Assembly: GCA_019634165.1 (NCBI GenBank)
Contig: JAHQVT010000012.1
Span: forward strand, 117,528 to 181,527
Direction of reading: 5' to 3'
Length of the DNA stretch: 64,000 nt
Origin: Rhodospirillales bacterium
Lineage (GTDB): Bacteria; Pseudomonadota; Alphaproteobacteria; Rhodospirillales; Thalassospiraceae
Made by a program: the position numbers and the translations under genes. The notes below the pieces were generated by a model. The model was not told where the DNA came from. It saw nothing but the letters and a program-made list of their open reading frames with translations, and did not search any database. Within the stretch, counting starts at the first letter, position 1. Each line of letters opens with the position of its first letter. Of the stretch, positions 49,101 through 60,109 are shown one piece after another.

Positions 49101-49946
49101 TCAGACCGCGCGCAACTTACCTTTTTTCGCAATGCCAAAGCAATGTTCATCCGCCGGGAACTGGCGGGTGCGTACTTCGCTGGCATATTGGCCAACGGCT
49201 TCGGACACAGCATCACCAAGATTGGCATAGCGTTTGACGAATTTCGGTGTGAAGTCAGAAAACAGCCCAAGGATATCCTCGGTAACCAGAACCTGACCAT
49301 CGCATGCGACCGAGGCACCAATGCCGATGGTCGGAATATCGATGGTTTCAGTAATGCGTCGTGCGACGGCCTCGACCGTTCCTTCGACAACAACTGAAAA
49401 CGCACCGGCATCGGCAACAGCCTTGGCATCGGCGATCATTTTCTCGGCTGCTTCGTCATCGCGGCCCTGGCTTTTGAAGCCGCCCATGGTGTTGACCTGC
49501 TGGGGCATCAGGCCGATATGGGCCATCACAGGTACGCCACGCTGGGATAAAAATTCGATGGTTTCGGCAAGTTCTGCACCACCTTCAAGCTTTACCGCAG
49601 CACAGCCGGTTTCAGCAAGAATGTGGGATGCTGTTCGGAATGCCTGTTCTTTGGATTCCTGATAGCTGCCAAAGGGCAGATCAACAACAACGCAGGCATT
49701 TTTCGATCCGCGCATAACCGCCTTGCCGTGATTGACCATCATATCGACGGTGACGGCAAGGGTGCTTTCCATCCCATAGACAACCATACCCAATGAATCG
49801 CCGACCAAAAGAAGGTCGCAATGTTCATCAAGTCGCTGGGCCATCGGGGTGGTGTAGGCCGTAAGGCAGACAATTGGTTCCGCACCTTTGCGGGCGCGAA
49901 GTTGTGGGACGGACATCCGGCCCATCTTTTTACTGGTGGCACTCAT
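49101..49946 (-). CDS. panB: 3-methyl-2-oxobutanoate hydroxymethyltransferase
   Basis: [32 protein letters not shown]. Confidence 0.97.
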   Translation of the reverse strand: MSATSKKMGRMSVPQLRARKGAEPIVCLTAYTTPMAQRLDEHCDLLLVGDSLGMVVYGMESTLAVTVDMMVNHGKAVMRGSKNACVVVDLPFGSYQESKEQAFRTASHILAETGCAAVKLEGGAELAETIEFLSQRGVPVMAHIGLMPQQVNTMGGFKSQGRDDEAAEKMIADAKAVADAGAFSVVVEGTVEAVARRITETIDIPTIGIGASVACDGQVLVTEDILGLFSDFTPKFVKRYANLGDAVSEAVGQYASEVRTRQFPADEHCFGIAKKGKLRAV

Positions 49947-50160
49947 GACGTTTCTCCCCCGGTTCTACCGGAATTGGCTGCCCGATCTTTGTCGGGCGTG
50001 CGGTCATGTTTACAATATGATGACCATCTGCGGGAAATGTTTTTTCGCAATCGCGAAATAAGCAATTCGGCCAACAAGTTGTGTTTCTAGCGGAATGAAC
50101 CTATCGCTTCGAATGATCTACGAGCTATTTGTAGTTTTACTGTGCAGGCGCACAACAAAA

Positions 50161-50859
50161 TCACAAACCTTCGGCAAGATCTTCGAGCATGTCCAAACCA
50201 ACCGCTTCGATGTGGCGGTTATCTTTGAGTGCAATCGTTGATTCTTTGCGCAACTGGGTCAAGGTGCGTGACACGGTTTCGATCGTTAAGCCAAGGTAAT
50301 CGGCAATGTCGGACCGGCTCATAGGCACATTGATTGTGTCGCTGTTTTCGCCGCGATGTTCTTGTCTGCGTGCAAGCATCAGCAAGAATGATGCGACCTT
50401 TTCCTTGGCAGTTTTACGCCCAAGAAGGAGCATTTGATCTTGTGCTGCTGCCAGTTCGTCAACCGCCATGCCAAGCATGCGTTTTTCAAGATGAGGAAAC
50501 TCATCAAACAGCTTTTCAAGCTTTTGACGCGGAAAACGACAGGCGGTGACCGGTTCGATTGCTTCGGCGGTATAGCTGTAATTAGCGTTCAGCGCCAAAC
50601 CAAGAAAATCGCCAGCAAACAGGAAACCGGTGATTTGACGGCGTCCGTCGCCCAGCAATTTATAAAGCTTTACCGACCCGGTGGTGACGTTAAAAACGTA
50701 GTCGGCATCTTCGGCTTCGTGGAAAATGGTGCTGTGGCCGTCATACTGGACATGGGTCAACAGTTTGCGCAACTGATCGTGCTCGGCCCCGTGTAACGAG
50801 GAGCAGAACGTCAAGTCTTTGATAGAACAAGCTTCGCAAAGTTGGGGGCGGACTGCCAT
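50161..50859 (-). CDS. fnr: FNR-type O2-sensing regulator (FnrL/FnrN class)
   Basis: N-terminal CEACSIKDLTFC cysteine motif, central VTACRF Cys, HTH IADYLGLTIETVSR. Confidence 0.93.
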   Translation of the reverse strand: MAVRPQLCEACSIKDLTFCSSLHGAEHDQLRKLLTHVQYDGHSTIFHEAEDADYVFNVTTGSVKLYKLLGDGRRQITGFLFAGDFLGLALNANYSYTAEAIEPVTACRFPRQKLEKLFDEFPHLEKRMLGMAVDELAAAQDQMLLLGRKTAKEKVASFLLMLARRQEHRGENSDTINVPMSRSDIADYLGLTIETVSRTLTQLRKESTIALKDNRHIEAVGLDMLEDLAEGL

Positions 50860-50938
50860 CGCAGACTCCGATTCTGGTAACCCGACAGGTTAAGACGTGA
50901 CCAATCTATGCGATCAGATAGGGGTGTTTCAAGTTATT

Positions 50939-51127
50939 CTAACTGTCACCTGGTTCGATTTTCTTCGATTTGGCAGAAATGGCTTCGTCATCGTCATCAA
51001 ACAAGATGCGGTTAGCGGCCCCTTCCATATCATCGAATTGGCCGGAACGCAGCGACCATAAGAACGCCGCCAGCCCTAAAAGACCCAAAAATAACGCGAC
51101 CGGGATCAGGAGGAGAAGGTTACTCAT
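50939..51127 (-). CDS. ccoS: cbb3 oxidase assembly protein CcoS/FixS
   Basis: LLLIPVAL, FLWSLRSGQFDDMEGAANRIL. Confidence 0.95.
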   Translation of the reverse strand: MSNLLLLIPVALFLGLLGLAAFLWSLRSGQFDDMEGAANRILFDDDDEAISAKSKKIEPGDS

Positions 51128-51138
51128 GACGTAGGATC

Positions 51139-53559
51139 CTAGGCTTCTGCCTGTTGGGCGGTTTGGGGAATGCTATCGACGACGGTGTCTTTTGATGTCG
51201 CGGAGTTTGCATGCAGACGCAGGGCATTGGCAATGACAATCAAAGATGATGATGACATGGCAATCGCCGCAATAAGCGGGGTGACAAAGCCAGACACCGC
51301 AAGGGGTATCGTGATCAGGTTGTAGGCAAAAGATAGGGCAAAATTTTGACGCACAAGCCGATCAGCCTTACGTGCGACGTCAATTGCCTCAATTACCGCA
51401 CCTAAACGATCGCCCTGAAAGACGATGTCGGCGGCATTCTGGGAAATTTCGGCGGCTGTGGCTGGTGACATGGATGCATGCGCACAGGCAAGGGCGGGGG
51501 CATCATTGATCCCGTCGCCGACCATTAAATCAAGATGTTCTTCATCTGCGCGGGCTTGAATGCGGGCTGCTTTTTGCGTTGGCGACATCTGAGCTTGCCA
51601 ATTTTTAAGGCCAAGCATTTCGGCGAGTTGTTGCACCGTTTTGTTCCGATCGCCAGACAGCAAGCCGACGTCAAAGCCGCGTGACTGCAGTTGGCTGATC
51701 ACGCTTGCCGCGTCCTTTCTGGGGGTGTCGCGGAAAACAAACCGTTGGGCTGCTTTGCCCGATTCGGCCATCCATAATTCTGGCCCGACGACATCGCTTG
51801 GAAGATCGGAATGTTCGGCAATGCCGCAAAAATCACGGCTGCCAAGGCGAATGACGCCAGTTGGGCCTTGCGCAATCAAGCCTTGACCGGGATGCTCGGT
51901 GACATTGGGGTGTGGGGTAACGTTGCCTGTGGCCCGGACGAGAGCGCGCGAAAGAGGGTGGTTGCTGTTTGCGGCGATTTCCGCGGCAAGCATCAGGGTT
52001 TTTTCATCCGGGCTTCTGATCAGTTCAGGCTTGCCGGTGGTTAGGGTGCCGGTTTTATCAAAAATGACGCCGGTGATTTTGGTCAGCCGTTCCAGTGCGG
52101 TTGCCGATTTCACCAAGATTCCCGCGCGCAACAGCCGTCCGGTGGCAATGACTTGGACAACAGGGACTGCCAGTGCCAATGCACAGGGGCAGGTAATGAT
52201 CAAAACGGCAATCGCATTCATCAATGCGTCATGCCAAGGCAAGCCACCAATCAGCCACCAGCCAACAAATGTTGCCAAGGAAAGCAGGTGAACAACCGGG
52301 GCGTATGATTTTGCCACCCGATCAGCGATGGCGACATATTTGGCGCGCCCCTGTTCGGCATTTTCCATCAAACGTACGATTTCAGACAGCAAGGTATTCC
52401 CACCCGTTGCGCTAACACGTATGCGCAATGGACCCGATATATTGGTTGTTCCGGCAAATACTTTTGCGCCGGGCTGTGTCAGAACGGGGATGCTTTCACC
52501 GCTAATGACGCTTGTGTCGATGTCTGATTTTCCGTCGATGACTTCGCCGTCAACGCCAATACGTTCACCCGCTGCGGTCAGGACAATCATGCCTGGTTCG
52601 GCTTTTTGCGGGGCGATCAAGCGTCGGGTGCCATCGTTTTCAATTACCGTGATTGACCGGGCATTTAATGACAAAAGATTTTCGGCAGCGGATCGGGCCT
52701 GACCGCGTGCGCGGCCATCAAGATAGCGCCCGATCAAAAGGAAAAAGAGTAGTGTTATCGCACTATCAAAATAGGCATGGGGTTCACTGCGGATGGTTTG
52801 CGCCAAGCTCATCCCCAGTGCCAAGATCACGCCCAAACTAATCGGGACATCCATATTGACCCGACGATTACGGATCGCGCCAAAGGCAGATCGGTAAAAT
52901 GGCATGCCGGCATAAGCCGCAGCAGGCAGTGCGATCAGGGCAGATAGCCAATGAAAAAGATCGCGTGTTGCCCCGCCCATGCCCTGAAAATATCCCGCCC
53001 AGACCGAGACGGATAGCAACATCACATTGCCTGCGGCAAAACCAGACACAGCCAAACAGCGCAGCAATTCCTTGTTGCGTGATGCGGTTGCCTGTTCAAG
53101 TGCTGCTGGATCGAACGGGATCAGGCGATAGCCCATCTGAAGAACGGGATGAATGATTGTCGCGATATCATCAAGTTTCCCCTGCCAGCTTAGGCGCAGG
53201 CGGCGGGTTGTCATGTTTATGCGGGCAGAAAGAACAGCATCATTTCGCTGTAACAGGGTTTCGATCAGCCAGACACAAGCAGCACAATGAATGCCATCGA
53301 CCATCAGATTAAGATGGTGTTTGCCGTCTTCATCGGTGCTGGCCAGTTCGGTGAAGTCAAAACTTGCAATTTCGTCTTCATCCGGGCGCAAAGCGCGGAT
53401 TTTCGGATCAATCGCACGGCGTTTGTAATAGGAAGACAGCCCTAATTCGCCAAGCAGTGCATACGCACCAGCGCAGCCCGTACAGCAAAAATCCGGGGCG
53501 GCGGGGGATTGCGCCGTTACCGGTTCATTGCAATGGCGGCACAGGGCAGTCTGGCTCAT
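51139..53559 (-). CDS. ccoI: Copper-translocating P1B ATPase CcoI/FixI
   Basis: CRHC/CCTGC N-terminus, HMA GIHCAAC, CPC, DKTGTLT, GDGIND. Confidence 0.96.
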   Translation of the reverse strand: MSQTALCRHCNEPVTAQSPAAPDFCCTGCAGAYALLGELGLSSYYKRRAIDPKIRALRPDEDEIASFDFTELASTDEDGKHHLNLMVDGIHCAACVWLIETLLQRNDAVLSARINMTTRRLRLSWQGKLDDIATIIHPVLQMGYRLIPFDPAALEQATASRNKELLRCLAVSGFAAGNVMLLSVSVWAGYFQGMGGATRDLFHWLSALIALPAAAYAGMPFYRSAFGAIRNRRVNMDVPISLGVILALGMSLAQTIRSEPHAYFDSAITLLFFLLIGRYLDGRARGQARSAAENLLSLNARSITVIENDGTRRLIAPQKAEPGMIVLTAAGERIGVDGEVIDGKSDIDTSVISGESIPVLTQPGAKVFAGTTNISGPLRIRVSATGGNTLLSEIVRLMENAEQGRAKYVAIADRVAKSYAPVVHLLSLATFVGWWLIGGLPWHDALMNAIAVLIITCPCALALAVPVVQVIATGRLLRAGILVKSATALERLTKITGVIFDKTGTLTTGKPELIRSPDEKTLMLAAEIAANSNHPLSRALVRATGNVTPHPNVTEHPGQGLIAQGPTGVIRLGSRDFCGIAEHSDLPSDVVGPELWMAESGKAAQRFVFRDTPRKDAASVISQLQSRGFDVGLLSGDRNKTVQQLAEMLGLKNWQAQMSPTQKAARIQARADEEHLDLMVGDGINDAPALACAHASMSPATAAEISQNAADIVFQGDRLGAVIEAIDVARKADRLVRQNFALSFAYNLITIPLAVSGFVTPLIAAIAMSSSSLIVIANALRLHANSATSKDTVVDSIPQTAQQAEA

Positions 53560-54074
53560 GGATTTACGACGACGTTCTCGACCGTTTGGTAATCATCACC
53601 CATGGCATGGGCAATGGTGCGCAATTGCCAACGACCATACACCGGGAAAGATGCACTGGCACGGTATTCGCCCGGTGCGATTTCAACCATCGGAACGGTC
53701 ATGTCCAAATCATCTCGGTCGGATCGGATCATCACCACAGACATTTTGGCACCCGTGATCGGCTGCGAGTTCTTATCGCGGAACAGAACCGTAATGGTGC
53801 CGCTCTGATTGATGACACCGCTTACCGAAAGTTTGCTGCGCCACCCCAATTCAGCCTGACGCGCAGCTCCGGACATTGCGGCGTTGTAATTGTTACCTTC
53901 TTCAAAGGCGTGTTTGGTGACAAGGCCGTTCCAACTGGTCATGGAAAACGTGATCAGCGAGATGTTGGCTATCAGCATGATGGCAAAGCCGCCAACGAAG
54001 TACCACGGAATCCAGCGATCCGATTTACGTGGACCATTCTGATCAGATGAAGGCGAGGTCATATGCGTTGCCAT
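53556..54074 (-). CDS. ccoH: FixH/CcoH family protein
   Basis: DRWIPWYFVGGF, SWNGLVT, GRWQL; start re-called to ATG 54074. Confidence 0.92.
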   Translation of the reverse strand: MATHMTSPSSDQNGPRKSDRWIPWYFVGGFAIMLIANISLITFSMTSWNGLVTKHAFEEGNNYNAAMSGAARQAELGWRSKLSVSGVINQSGTITVLFRDKNSQPITGAKMSVVMIRSDRDDLDMTVPMVEIAPGEYRASASFPVYGRWQLRTIAHAMGDDYQTVENVVVNP

Positions 54075-54108
54075 AGGTTGTCTTTCCTGAACTGAGCCGT
54101 TTTCACGA

Positions 54109-55614
54109 TCAGCGGTCGGTCTTTGGACCGGCGAACACTGTATCATAAGTTTCGGAATTTCCGGTTTCCAGATCGGTTACCTTAAATTCAAACGGGGTAG
54201 AGTCGCCATCAAGTGTTGATGGTGTTGCCGCCACAAAGACCCGGAAGCTGCCAACCCGATCAGGCGCGACATCAAGATTAAAGCTGCCATCCTGATTGGG
54301 TGTTTGACCAATGATTTGGAGATCGGTCGTATCAAGGCCCGTGACCGACAAAACATAGGTTTTGTTAGCCTGTTCCTTGTTGAGCACCTTAAGGGTGTAG
54401 CCGTTGCGGACATCGCCATCGGACAAAGTGACATATAGCGGATTGCGATCGCGCAGGACATTGAGTTCCAGAACCGAGCGGTTAAACAGGCCAAACATCA
54501 TGACCGACGCGACGATGGTCAAAATGATAGTATAAAAAATGGTACGCGGACGGACAAGCCGCACACGGGTTGCTTTGCCTGTCGCCCGAAGTTGGGTGTT
54601 TTGAACCGAGTCAAACCGCACGAGATCACGGGGGAAGCCCACCTTGTCCATGATATCGTTACAGGCATCAATACACAGGCCACAACCAATGCATTCCATC
54701 TGCAAGCCATCGCGGATATCAATGCCTGTCGGGCAAACATTGACACAGGCATGGCAATCAATGCAGTGGCCGGTTTCTGGGACTTCGCCGCGGGTAAGGT
54801 TCTTGCGTTTGATCGGACCGCGGGTTTCACCGCGCCATCCTTCATAGGTAACAATCAGGCTTTCATCATCAAGCATGGCCGACTGAAAGCGCGGCCATGG
54901 GCACATATAGGTGCAGACCTGTTCGCGGGCCCAACCCGCCAGAAGGTAGGTTGAAGATGTTAGAAACGCGATGGTGACATAAACGGCAAGTGACGCATTG
55001 CCGGTAAACACATCAACCACCACTGTTGGCGCATCGTTGAAATACAGAACAAACGCGCCGCCTGTTGCCATTGAAATGGCAATCCAAGCCAGATGGGTTG
55101 CGCCGATTTTCCAGATTTTTTCAAGCGTCCATTTTGATTTATCAAGCCGAACACGGGCGTTTCGATCACCCTGAATATAACGTTCGACCAGCATAAACAA
55201 ATCGGTCCAGACGGTTTGCGGACATCCGTAACCGCACCAGATGCGGCCAAACAGGGAGGTTGCCAAAAACAGCCCGATTGCAGCCATGATCAGGATACCG
55301 GTAATGTAATAAACTTCCTGAGGCCAGATTTCGATGAAGAAGAAATAAGCCCGGCCCAAATCCATATCGATCAGAACAGCCTGATCAGGGGCCGTTGCCC
55401 CACGATCCCAACGCAGCCACGGAACAAGCCAGTAAATCGCCAAAAGGGCGATCAAAGCGGCCCATTTTAGATTTCTGAAATATCCTGAAACCCGTTTTGG
55501 ATAAACCTTATCGCGGGTTTTATAGAGCGGCACATCATCATAATCCTCGCCATCACTGGCAAGGGTATTGGGCTGAAGGTCGGCATCGGGATGCGGCAAA
55601 TTGGACATGGCCAT
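54109..55614 (-). CDS. ccoG: cbb3 oxidase accessory polyferredoxin CcoG/FixG
   Basis: GRIWCGYGCPQTVW, CTYMCPWPRFQ, CIDCHACVNVCPTGIDIR, CIGCGLCIDAC. Confidence 0.96.
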   Translation of the reverse strand: MAMSNLPHPDADLQPNTLASDGEDYDDVPLYKTRDKVYPKRVSGYFRNLKWAALIALLAIYWLVPWLRWDRGATAPDQAVLIDMDLGRAYFFFIEIWPQEVYYITGILIMAAIGLFLATSLFGRIWCGYGCPQTVWTDLFMLVERYIQGDRNARVRLDKSKWTLEKIWKIGATHLAWIAISMATGGAFVLYFNDAPTVVVDVFTGNASLAVYVTIAFLTSSTYLLAGWAREQVCTYMCPWPRFQSAMLDDESLIVTYEGWRGETRGPIKRKNLTRGEVPETGHCIDCHACVNVCPTGIDIRDGLQMECIGCGLCIDACNDIMDKVGFPRDLVRFDSVQNTQLRATGKATRVRLVRPRTIFYTIILTIVASVMMFGLFNRSVLELNVLRDRNPLYVTLSDGDVRNGYTLKVLNKEQANKTYVLSVTGLDTTDLQIIGQTPNQDGSFNLDVAPDRVGSFRVFVAATPSTLDGDSTPFEFKVTDLETGNSETYDTVFAGPKTDR

Positions 55615-55790
55615 TTTCGCTACCTGTTAAATGCTCCCTGCCGAACCGACTGCTCTCAATGCGGGGGGAACCGCCAGTCGGATAAGTTGGCTTGGCTGTC
55701 AGGAAAACTGGTTTTTCTGGCAGCCTTAGGGAGCAGGCTTTCATTATTCAAATCTCAGGCTGAAAATACGAAATGTCCGCTACAGCGACC

Positions 55791-55804
55791 ATGATACATG
55801 TCAA
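55791..55804 (-). promoter_or_regulatory. FNR box upstream of ccoG
   Basis: TTGAC-ATGT-ATCAT on the minus strand. Confidence 0.65.
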
Positions 55805-55872
55805 TTTGTGACCTGATCTTGGACTTAAAACTGTGGCGGACACATCGTTTGAAATAAGAAAGCCAGATGTAA

Positions 55873-55905
55873 AGAAGGCCAATGAATGTTGATCATTGGC
55901 CTTCT
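55873..55905 (-). terminator. Terminator after ccoP
   Basis: 13-bp perfect inverted repeat AGAAGGCCAATGA / TCATTGGCCTTCT. Confidence 0.75.
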
Positions 55906-55917
55906 GTCTTTTGGGTC

Positions 55918-56790
55918 TTACTGACCGCCACCAAGCGAGTGGACATAAACGGTCAGCATTTTGATGGTTTCTTCATCCAGACGACCGCCCCATGCGGGCA
56001 TCACACCCCGGCGTGAATTGTTGATGGTTTCGGTAATCGTGGATTTATCACCGCCATAAAGCCAGATGGCATCGGTCAGGTTTGGTCCACCAAGTTCCTG
56101 AATGCCTTTGGCATCATCACCATGACAGGATGCGCAGTTTTCTTCAAAAACAACGGCACCGCGATCAGAAGCTTCTGTATCTGTGGCCCTGTTGGTAAAG
56201 GCCATAACATACTGAACGACGTCTTCGATCTGGTCGCGTTCAAGCAAACCGTCACGACCAAAGGCGGGCATATCGTTGAAACGTGTATCTTCGTTGGCAT
56301 CCCAGCGAATGCCGACATGAAGCGTTTCATTGATCGCATCAAGCGACCCACCCCAAAGCCATGCGTCATCCTGAAGCGATGGGAAACCCGGATTGCCCGA
56401 TCCCCCCGTGCCGTGACATGGCGCGCAGTTATCAGCAAAGACAGCTTTGCCCCCGGCCATGGAGAAGTTCAGAAGTTCTGGATCATTGACGACTTCTGAG
56501 ACATCCAACGCAGCCAAACGTTCCATATACGGCGCCCGTTCAGCGGCCACATTGGCCATGGTTTCATGAAGTTGGGTACGGTTGGTCGTGCCAAACGTGC
56601 CTTTGAGATAGTCGGTTGCACTTGGCCAAGATGGATAGACCACCCAGTAACCAACTGACCAGATACAACAGGCCCAGAAGACATAAACCCACCATGACGG
56701 CAAGGGGGTGTTGAGTTCCTTGATGCCGTCCCATTCGTGACCGGTGGTTTCCCGCCCGGATACTTGGTCTTTCTCGACTTTTGTCGACAT
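55918..56790 (-). CDS. ccoP: cbb3-type cytochrome c oxidase subunit III
   Basis: TTGHEWDGIKELN; two heme motifs CAPCH and CASCH. Confidence 0.97.
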   Translation of the reverse strand: MSTKVEKDQVSGRETTGHEWDGIKELNTPLPSWWVYVFWACCIWSVGYWVVYPSWPSATDYLKGTFGTTNRTQLHETMANVAAERAPYMERLAALDVSEVVNDPELLNFSMAGGKAVFADNCAPCHGTGGSGNPGFPSLQDDAWLWGGSLDAINETLHVGIRWDANEDTRFNDMPAFGRDGLLERDQIEDVVQYVMAFTNRATDTEASDRGAVVFEENCASCHGDDAKGIQELGGPNLTDAIWLYGGDKSTITETINNSRRGVMPAWGGRLDEETIKMLTVYVHSLGGGQ

Positions 56791-56805
56791 TGTTCGGTTC
56801 TCCCC

Positions 56806-56967
56806 TTAATCCTGATCCCGCAATGGGATTTGGGCGTGGTCTTCCATGTCTTTATTGCGCTTTTTGCTAGGCCACATGACCCAGGCAATGATCGCGCCGA
56901 ATAAAAGCATCAGCCACAACCCCCACAGAGGGCGGAAAAAGTCAGCGAGTTGCGAAAAGAATTCCAT
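56806..56967 (-). CDS. ccoQ: cbb3-type cytochrome c oxidase subunit IV (53 aa, absent from the ORF track)
   Basis: Manual translation MEFFSQLADFFRPLWGLWLMLLFGAIIAWVMWPSKKRNKDMEDHAQIPLRDQD; lies between ccoO and ccoP with an RBS. Confidence 0.93.
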   Translation of the reverse strand: MEFFSQLADFFRPLWGLWLMLLFGAIIAWVMWPSKKRNKDMEDHAQIPLRDQD

Positions 56968-56984
56968 GACGTTCCCCTTTGCCT

Positions 56985-57716
56985 CTAGCGCAGGTTCATC
57001 TGCGGATTGTAGGTGGTGAAGTCGACCATCTGGCCCAACACCTGCAGATACGCAACCAGCGCATCCATCTCGGTCAGTTTTGCCGGATTGCCGTCAAAAT
57101 CACCTGTTGCCGCATTTGGATACCGTGCAAGGAAATCATCGTCATAGGCGGCGTCCTCGCTGGCTTGCAGGTAAAGGTCTGCTTTGGCGGCCTCGATCAT
57201 CTCATCGGTATAGGGAACCCCAACCATTTTAAGCGTTTCGAGGTGGGCCTTTGCGTCATCGAATTTCAATTTGCGGTCTGCAAGGAACGGATAGCCCGGC
57301 ATGATCGATTCAGGCACAACTGCGCGTGGATCAATCAGGTGGGCAACATGCCAGTCGTTGGAATATTTCCCGCCAACACGCGCAAGATCGGGACCAGTAC
57401 GTTTCGATCCCCACTGGAACGGGTGGTCATACATCGATTCTGCGGCAAGGCTGTAGTGGCCATAACGTTCGACCTCGTCACGGAATGGACGAATCTGCTG
57501 AGAATGGCAGTTATAGCAGCCTTCGCGGATATAAATGTTACGACCAGCCTGTTCGAGCGGCGAGTACGGACGCACCCCTTCGACCTTCTCGATGGTTTGT
57601 TCCATCGTAAAGAGCGGCACGATTTCGACAATACCGCCGATGATGATGGTCAGGAAAATGCCAAGGATCAGAACAAAGACGTTCTTTTCAACAATATGGT
57701 GTTTTTTAAGAAGCAT
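56985..57716 (-). CDS. ccoO: cbb3-type cytochrome c oxidase subunit II
   Basis: [26 protein letters not shown]; start re-called to ATG 57716. Confidence 0.97.
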   Translation of the reverse strand: MLLKKHHIVEKNVFVLILGIFLTIIIGGIVEIVPLFTMEQTIEKVEGVRPYSPLEQAGRNIYIREGCYNCHSQQIRPFRDEVERYGHYSLAAESMYDHPFQWGSKRTGPDLARVGGKYSNDWHVAHLIDPRAVVPESIMPGYPFLADRKLKFDDAKAHLETLKMVGVPYTDEMIEAAKADLYLQASEDAAYDDDFLARYPNAATGDFDGNPAKLTEMDALVAYLQVLGQMVDFTTYNPQMNLR

Positions 57717-57729
57717 ATCTCGTTCCCCC

Positions 57730-59202
57730 TTATTCTGCTGCAACGGTTGCAGGTGTGCCTATCGGTGCTTCGTTGCGCAGATCGCCACGGATCGTCTTGT
57801 AGACGTTCCAGACCATCAGCAACGAACCGAGCAAGAACAACAGACCGCCGGTTGCACGAATGATGTAGTAGGGATGCATCGCTTCAACGGTTTCGATGAA
57901 GGAATACTGCAGGAAGCCCAATTCGTCATAGGCACGCCACATCAAGCCCTGCATGATCCCCGAAACCCACATCGAGGTGATGTAAAGAACGATCCCGATG
58001 GTCGCCAACCAGAAGTGGTGCGATACCAGACGCATCGAATATAACCGTTCGCGGTTCCAAAGAACCGGGATCAGGAAGTAGATCGCCCCGAATGAGACAA
58101 AGGCAACCCAGCCAAGTGCACCTGAATGCACGTGACCAATGGTCCAGTCAGTGTAGTGCGACAGACCGTTAACTGCCTTGATCGACATGACCGGACCTTC
58201 GAAGGTCGACATGCCATAGAAACCAACAGCAGCAACCATGAAACGCAGAACCGGGTCCGTACGCAGTTTGTCCCAAGCGCCCGAAAGCGTCATCAGACCG
58301 TTGATCATCCCACCCCAAGACGGCATCCACAACATGATCGAGAAGGTCATGCCAAGGGTCTGTGCCCAATCAGGAAGAGCGGTGTAATGCAGATGATGCG
58401 GACCCGCCCAGATATACAGGAAGATCAGCGCCCAAAAGTGAATGATCGACAGGCGATAGGAATAAACCGGGCGTTCGGCACGTTTCGGGATGAAGTAATA
58501 CATCATCCCCAAGAAGCCGGCGGTCAGGAAGAAGCCAACCGCATTATGGCCGTACCACCACTGGGTCAAGGCATCCTGCACGCCTGAGAACATCGAATAG
58601 GATTTCGTGCCCATGAACGAGACAGGAATGGCAAGGTTATTGCCAAGATGCAGCATCGCAATCGTGACGATAAAGGCCAGATAGAACCAGTTCGCGACGT
58701 AGATATGCGGTTCACGGCGTTTCAGAAGTGTGCCGACGAACACTGCCAGATAGCAAACCCAAACCACTGTCAGCCACAGATCAACAAACCATTCCGGTTC
58801 GGCATATTCGCGCCCCTGGGTGGTTCCCGTGACATAGCCGATTGCCGCCATGACGATGAACAACTGATATCCCCAGAAGACGAAAGCTGGCAGTGACTTG
58901 CCGCCATAAAGCTGTGCGCGGCAGGTGCGCTGTACAACATAGAAGGATGTCGCCAGAAGCGCGTTGCCACCAAAGGCAAAAATGACTGCAGACGTGTGCA
59001 GCGGGCGCAGACGTCCGAAGTTCAGAAATTCGTTATCGAAATTGAGAACCGGAAAGGCGAGCTGCCATGCAATGACATCCCCGACTAAAAATCCGATTAC
59101 GCCCCAAAATACGGTCGCCAATGCGCCCCAGCGCACAACGTCCATATTATAGTCGACAGCAACAGATGGCGATGCTGCCGGTGCCATGCTCCCCTGGCTC
59201 AT
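57730..59202 (-). CDS. ccoN: cbb3-type cytochrome c oxidase subunit I
   Basis: [33 protein letters not shown]; start re-called to ATG 59202. Confidence 0.97.
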   Translation of the reverse strand: MSQGSMAPAASPSVAVDYNMDVVRWGALATVFWGVIGFLVGDVIAWQLAFPVLNFDNEFLNFGRLRPLHTSAVIFAFGGNALLATSFYVVQRTCRAQLYGGKSLPAFVFWGYQLFIVMAAIGYVTGTTQGREYAEPEWFVDLWLTVVWVCYLAVFVGTLLKRREPHIYVANWFYLAFIVTIAMLHLGNNLAIPVSFMGTKSYSMFSGVQDALTQWWYGHNAVGFFLTAGFLGMMYYFIPKRAERPVYSYRLSIIHFWALIFLYIWAGPHHLHYTALPDWAQTLGMTFSIMLWMPSWGGMINGLMTLSGAWDKLRTDPVLRFMVAAVGFYGMSTFEGPVMSIKAVNGLSHYTDWTIGHVHSGALGWVAFVSFGAIYFLIPVLWNRERLYSMRLVSHHFWLATIGIVLYITSMWVSGIMQGLMWRAYDELGFLQYSFIETVEAMHPYYIIRATGGLLFLLGSLLMVWNVYKTIRGDLRNEAPIGTPATVAAE

Positions 59203-59414
59203 GCTTGACTCCCGTTCAAGGTATTCGGGTGAACTGTCCAAAACCCTCTTGGACAATTTCATTAGTCCCGGTGAACTAACGGTGCGAGAACCGATAACTT
59301 CACCTGCACAAAAAGCCCCACCTGATCTCCGTGCAGTCAAAGACGAACACATCCGTTCCAGGCGAGGTTTTCTAATCTGTAGGGCAAGTATGCGGGCATG
59401 CAGGGCAAAAACCA

Positions 59415-59428
59415 TTGATCCACGTCAA
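59415..59428. promoter_or_regulatory. FNR box (ccoN-proximal)
   Basis: TTGAT-CCAC-GTCAA. Confidence 0.75.
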
Positions 59429-59535
59429 CATCAAGCTGCAAAACCCGGCATAAATTCACTCACAGAAAACAACCGCCTGTTGATAGGGCTGTTGAATGCT
59501 AGAGATGTTTATGCCTATCAAGCCCGCCAAAGGTG

Positions 59536-59549
59536 TTGATGCACATCAA
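59536..59549. promoter_or_regulatory. Perfect FNR box (proximal to the divergent ORF)
   Basis: TTGAT-GCAC-ATCAA. Confidence 0.85.
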
Positions 59550-59602
59550 GGTTGGAGTGATTTATTTCCGGCATGATCCGAAAATTCAAAAAGGGTAGGA
59601 TC

Positions 59603-60109
59603 ATGCCAGAAGGCTATCAGGCGCTTCCACTTACATCATACACCGCGGATATGACCTTTCCGCTTGTTCAGATGTTGCAAGTCGATCTGACATTGGATCG
59701 GTGGCGTGCGTTTGTGGATCAATACTGCCTACCGGTCGTTAAAGACGCACAAAATAAAAAGGATTGCGGGGATAGCATCCTGTGGCAGCGTCAACGCGGC
59801 ATCATCGTCATTGCCAATGAGCGTGGCTATATCCATGGATTGTTTTCATATCTTGTGCGTGATGACATGACCAATGGTCTTGTTCTTCACGTTGATAATG
59901 TCATGGCGGTCGAAATTGTTTCTGGCGACTATGTTTTAGATGCCATGCGCGATGCCATGAGCCGACTGGCCAGTGATCATAAATGCAGCAACGTTTATGT
60001 TTCTCTTGGCGAGATGGAAGACCGATTACGTGGATATTTTGCCAAGGCGGGCTTTGCCCCCAGAAAAGTGCGCTATTGTGCGCCTGCGACGCCCAAAGTT
60101 TCCGCCTGA
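59603..60109 (+). CDS. Hypothetical protein, probable GNAT-like fold
   Basis: AGGA RBS before ATG 59603; beta-beta-beta-alpha-beta-alpha pattern ending YFAKAGF (fold is inference). Confidence 0.75.
   Translation: MPEGYQALPLTSYTADMTFPLVQMLQVDLTLDRWRAFVDQYCLPVVKDAQNKKDCGDSILWQRQRGIIVIANERGYIHGLFSYLVRDDMTNGLVLHVDNVMAVEIVSGDYVLDAMRDAMSRLASDHKCSNVYVSLGEMEDRLRGYFAKAGFAPRKVRYCAPATPKVSA

Noticed and set aside
50902-50919. ATCT...AGAT dyad upstream of fnr as an autoregulatory FNR box
   Set aside because: Only one half-site resembles ATCAA; spacing and left half do not fit TTGAT-N4-ATCAA
59398-59420. CAGGGCAAAAACCATT resembling the start of a c-di-GMP-I riboswitch
   Set aside because: The downstream P2/GNRA and receptor elements are absent; the segment overlaps an FNR box
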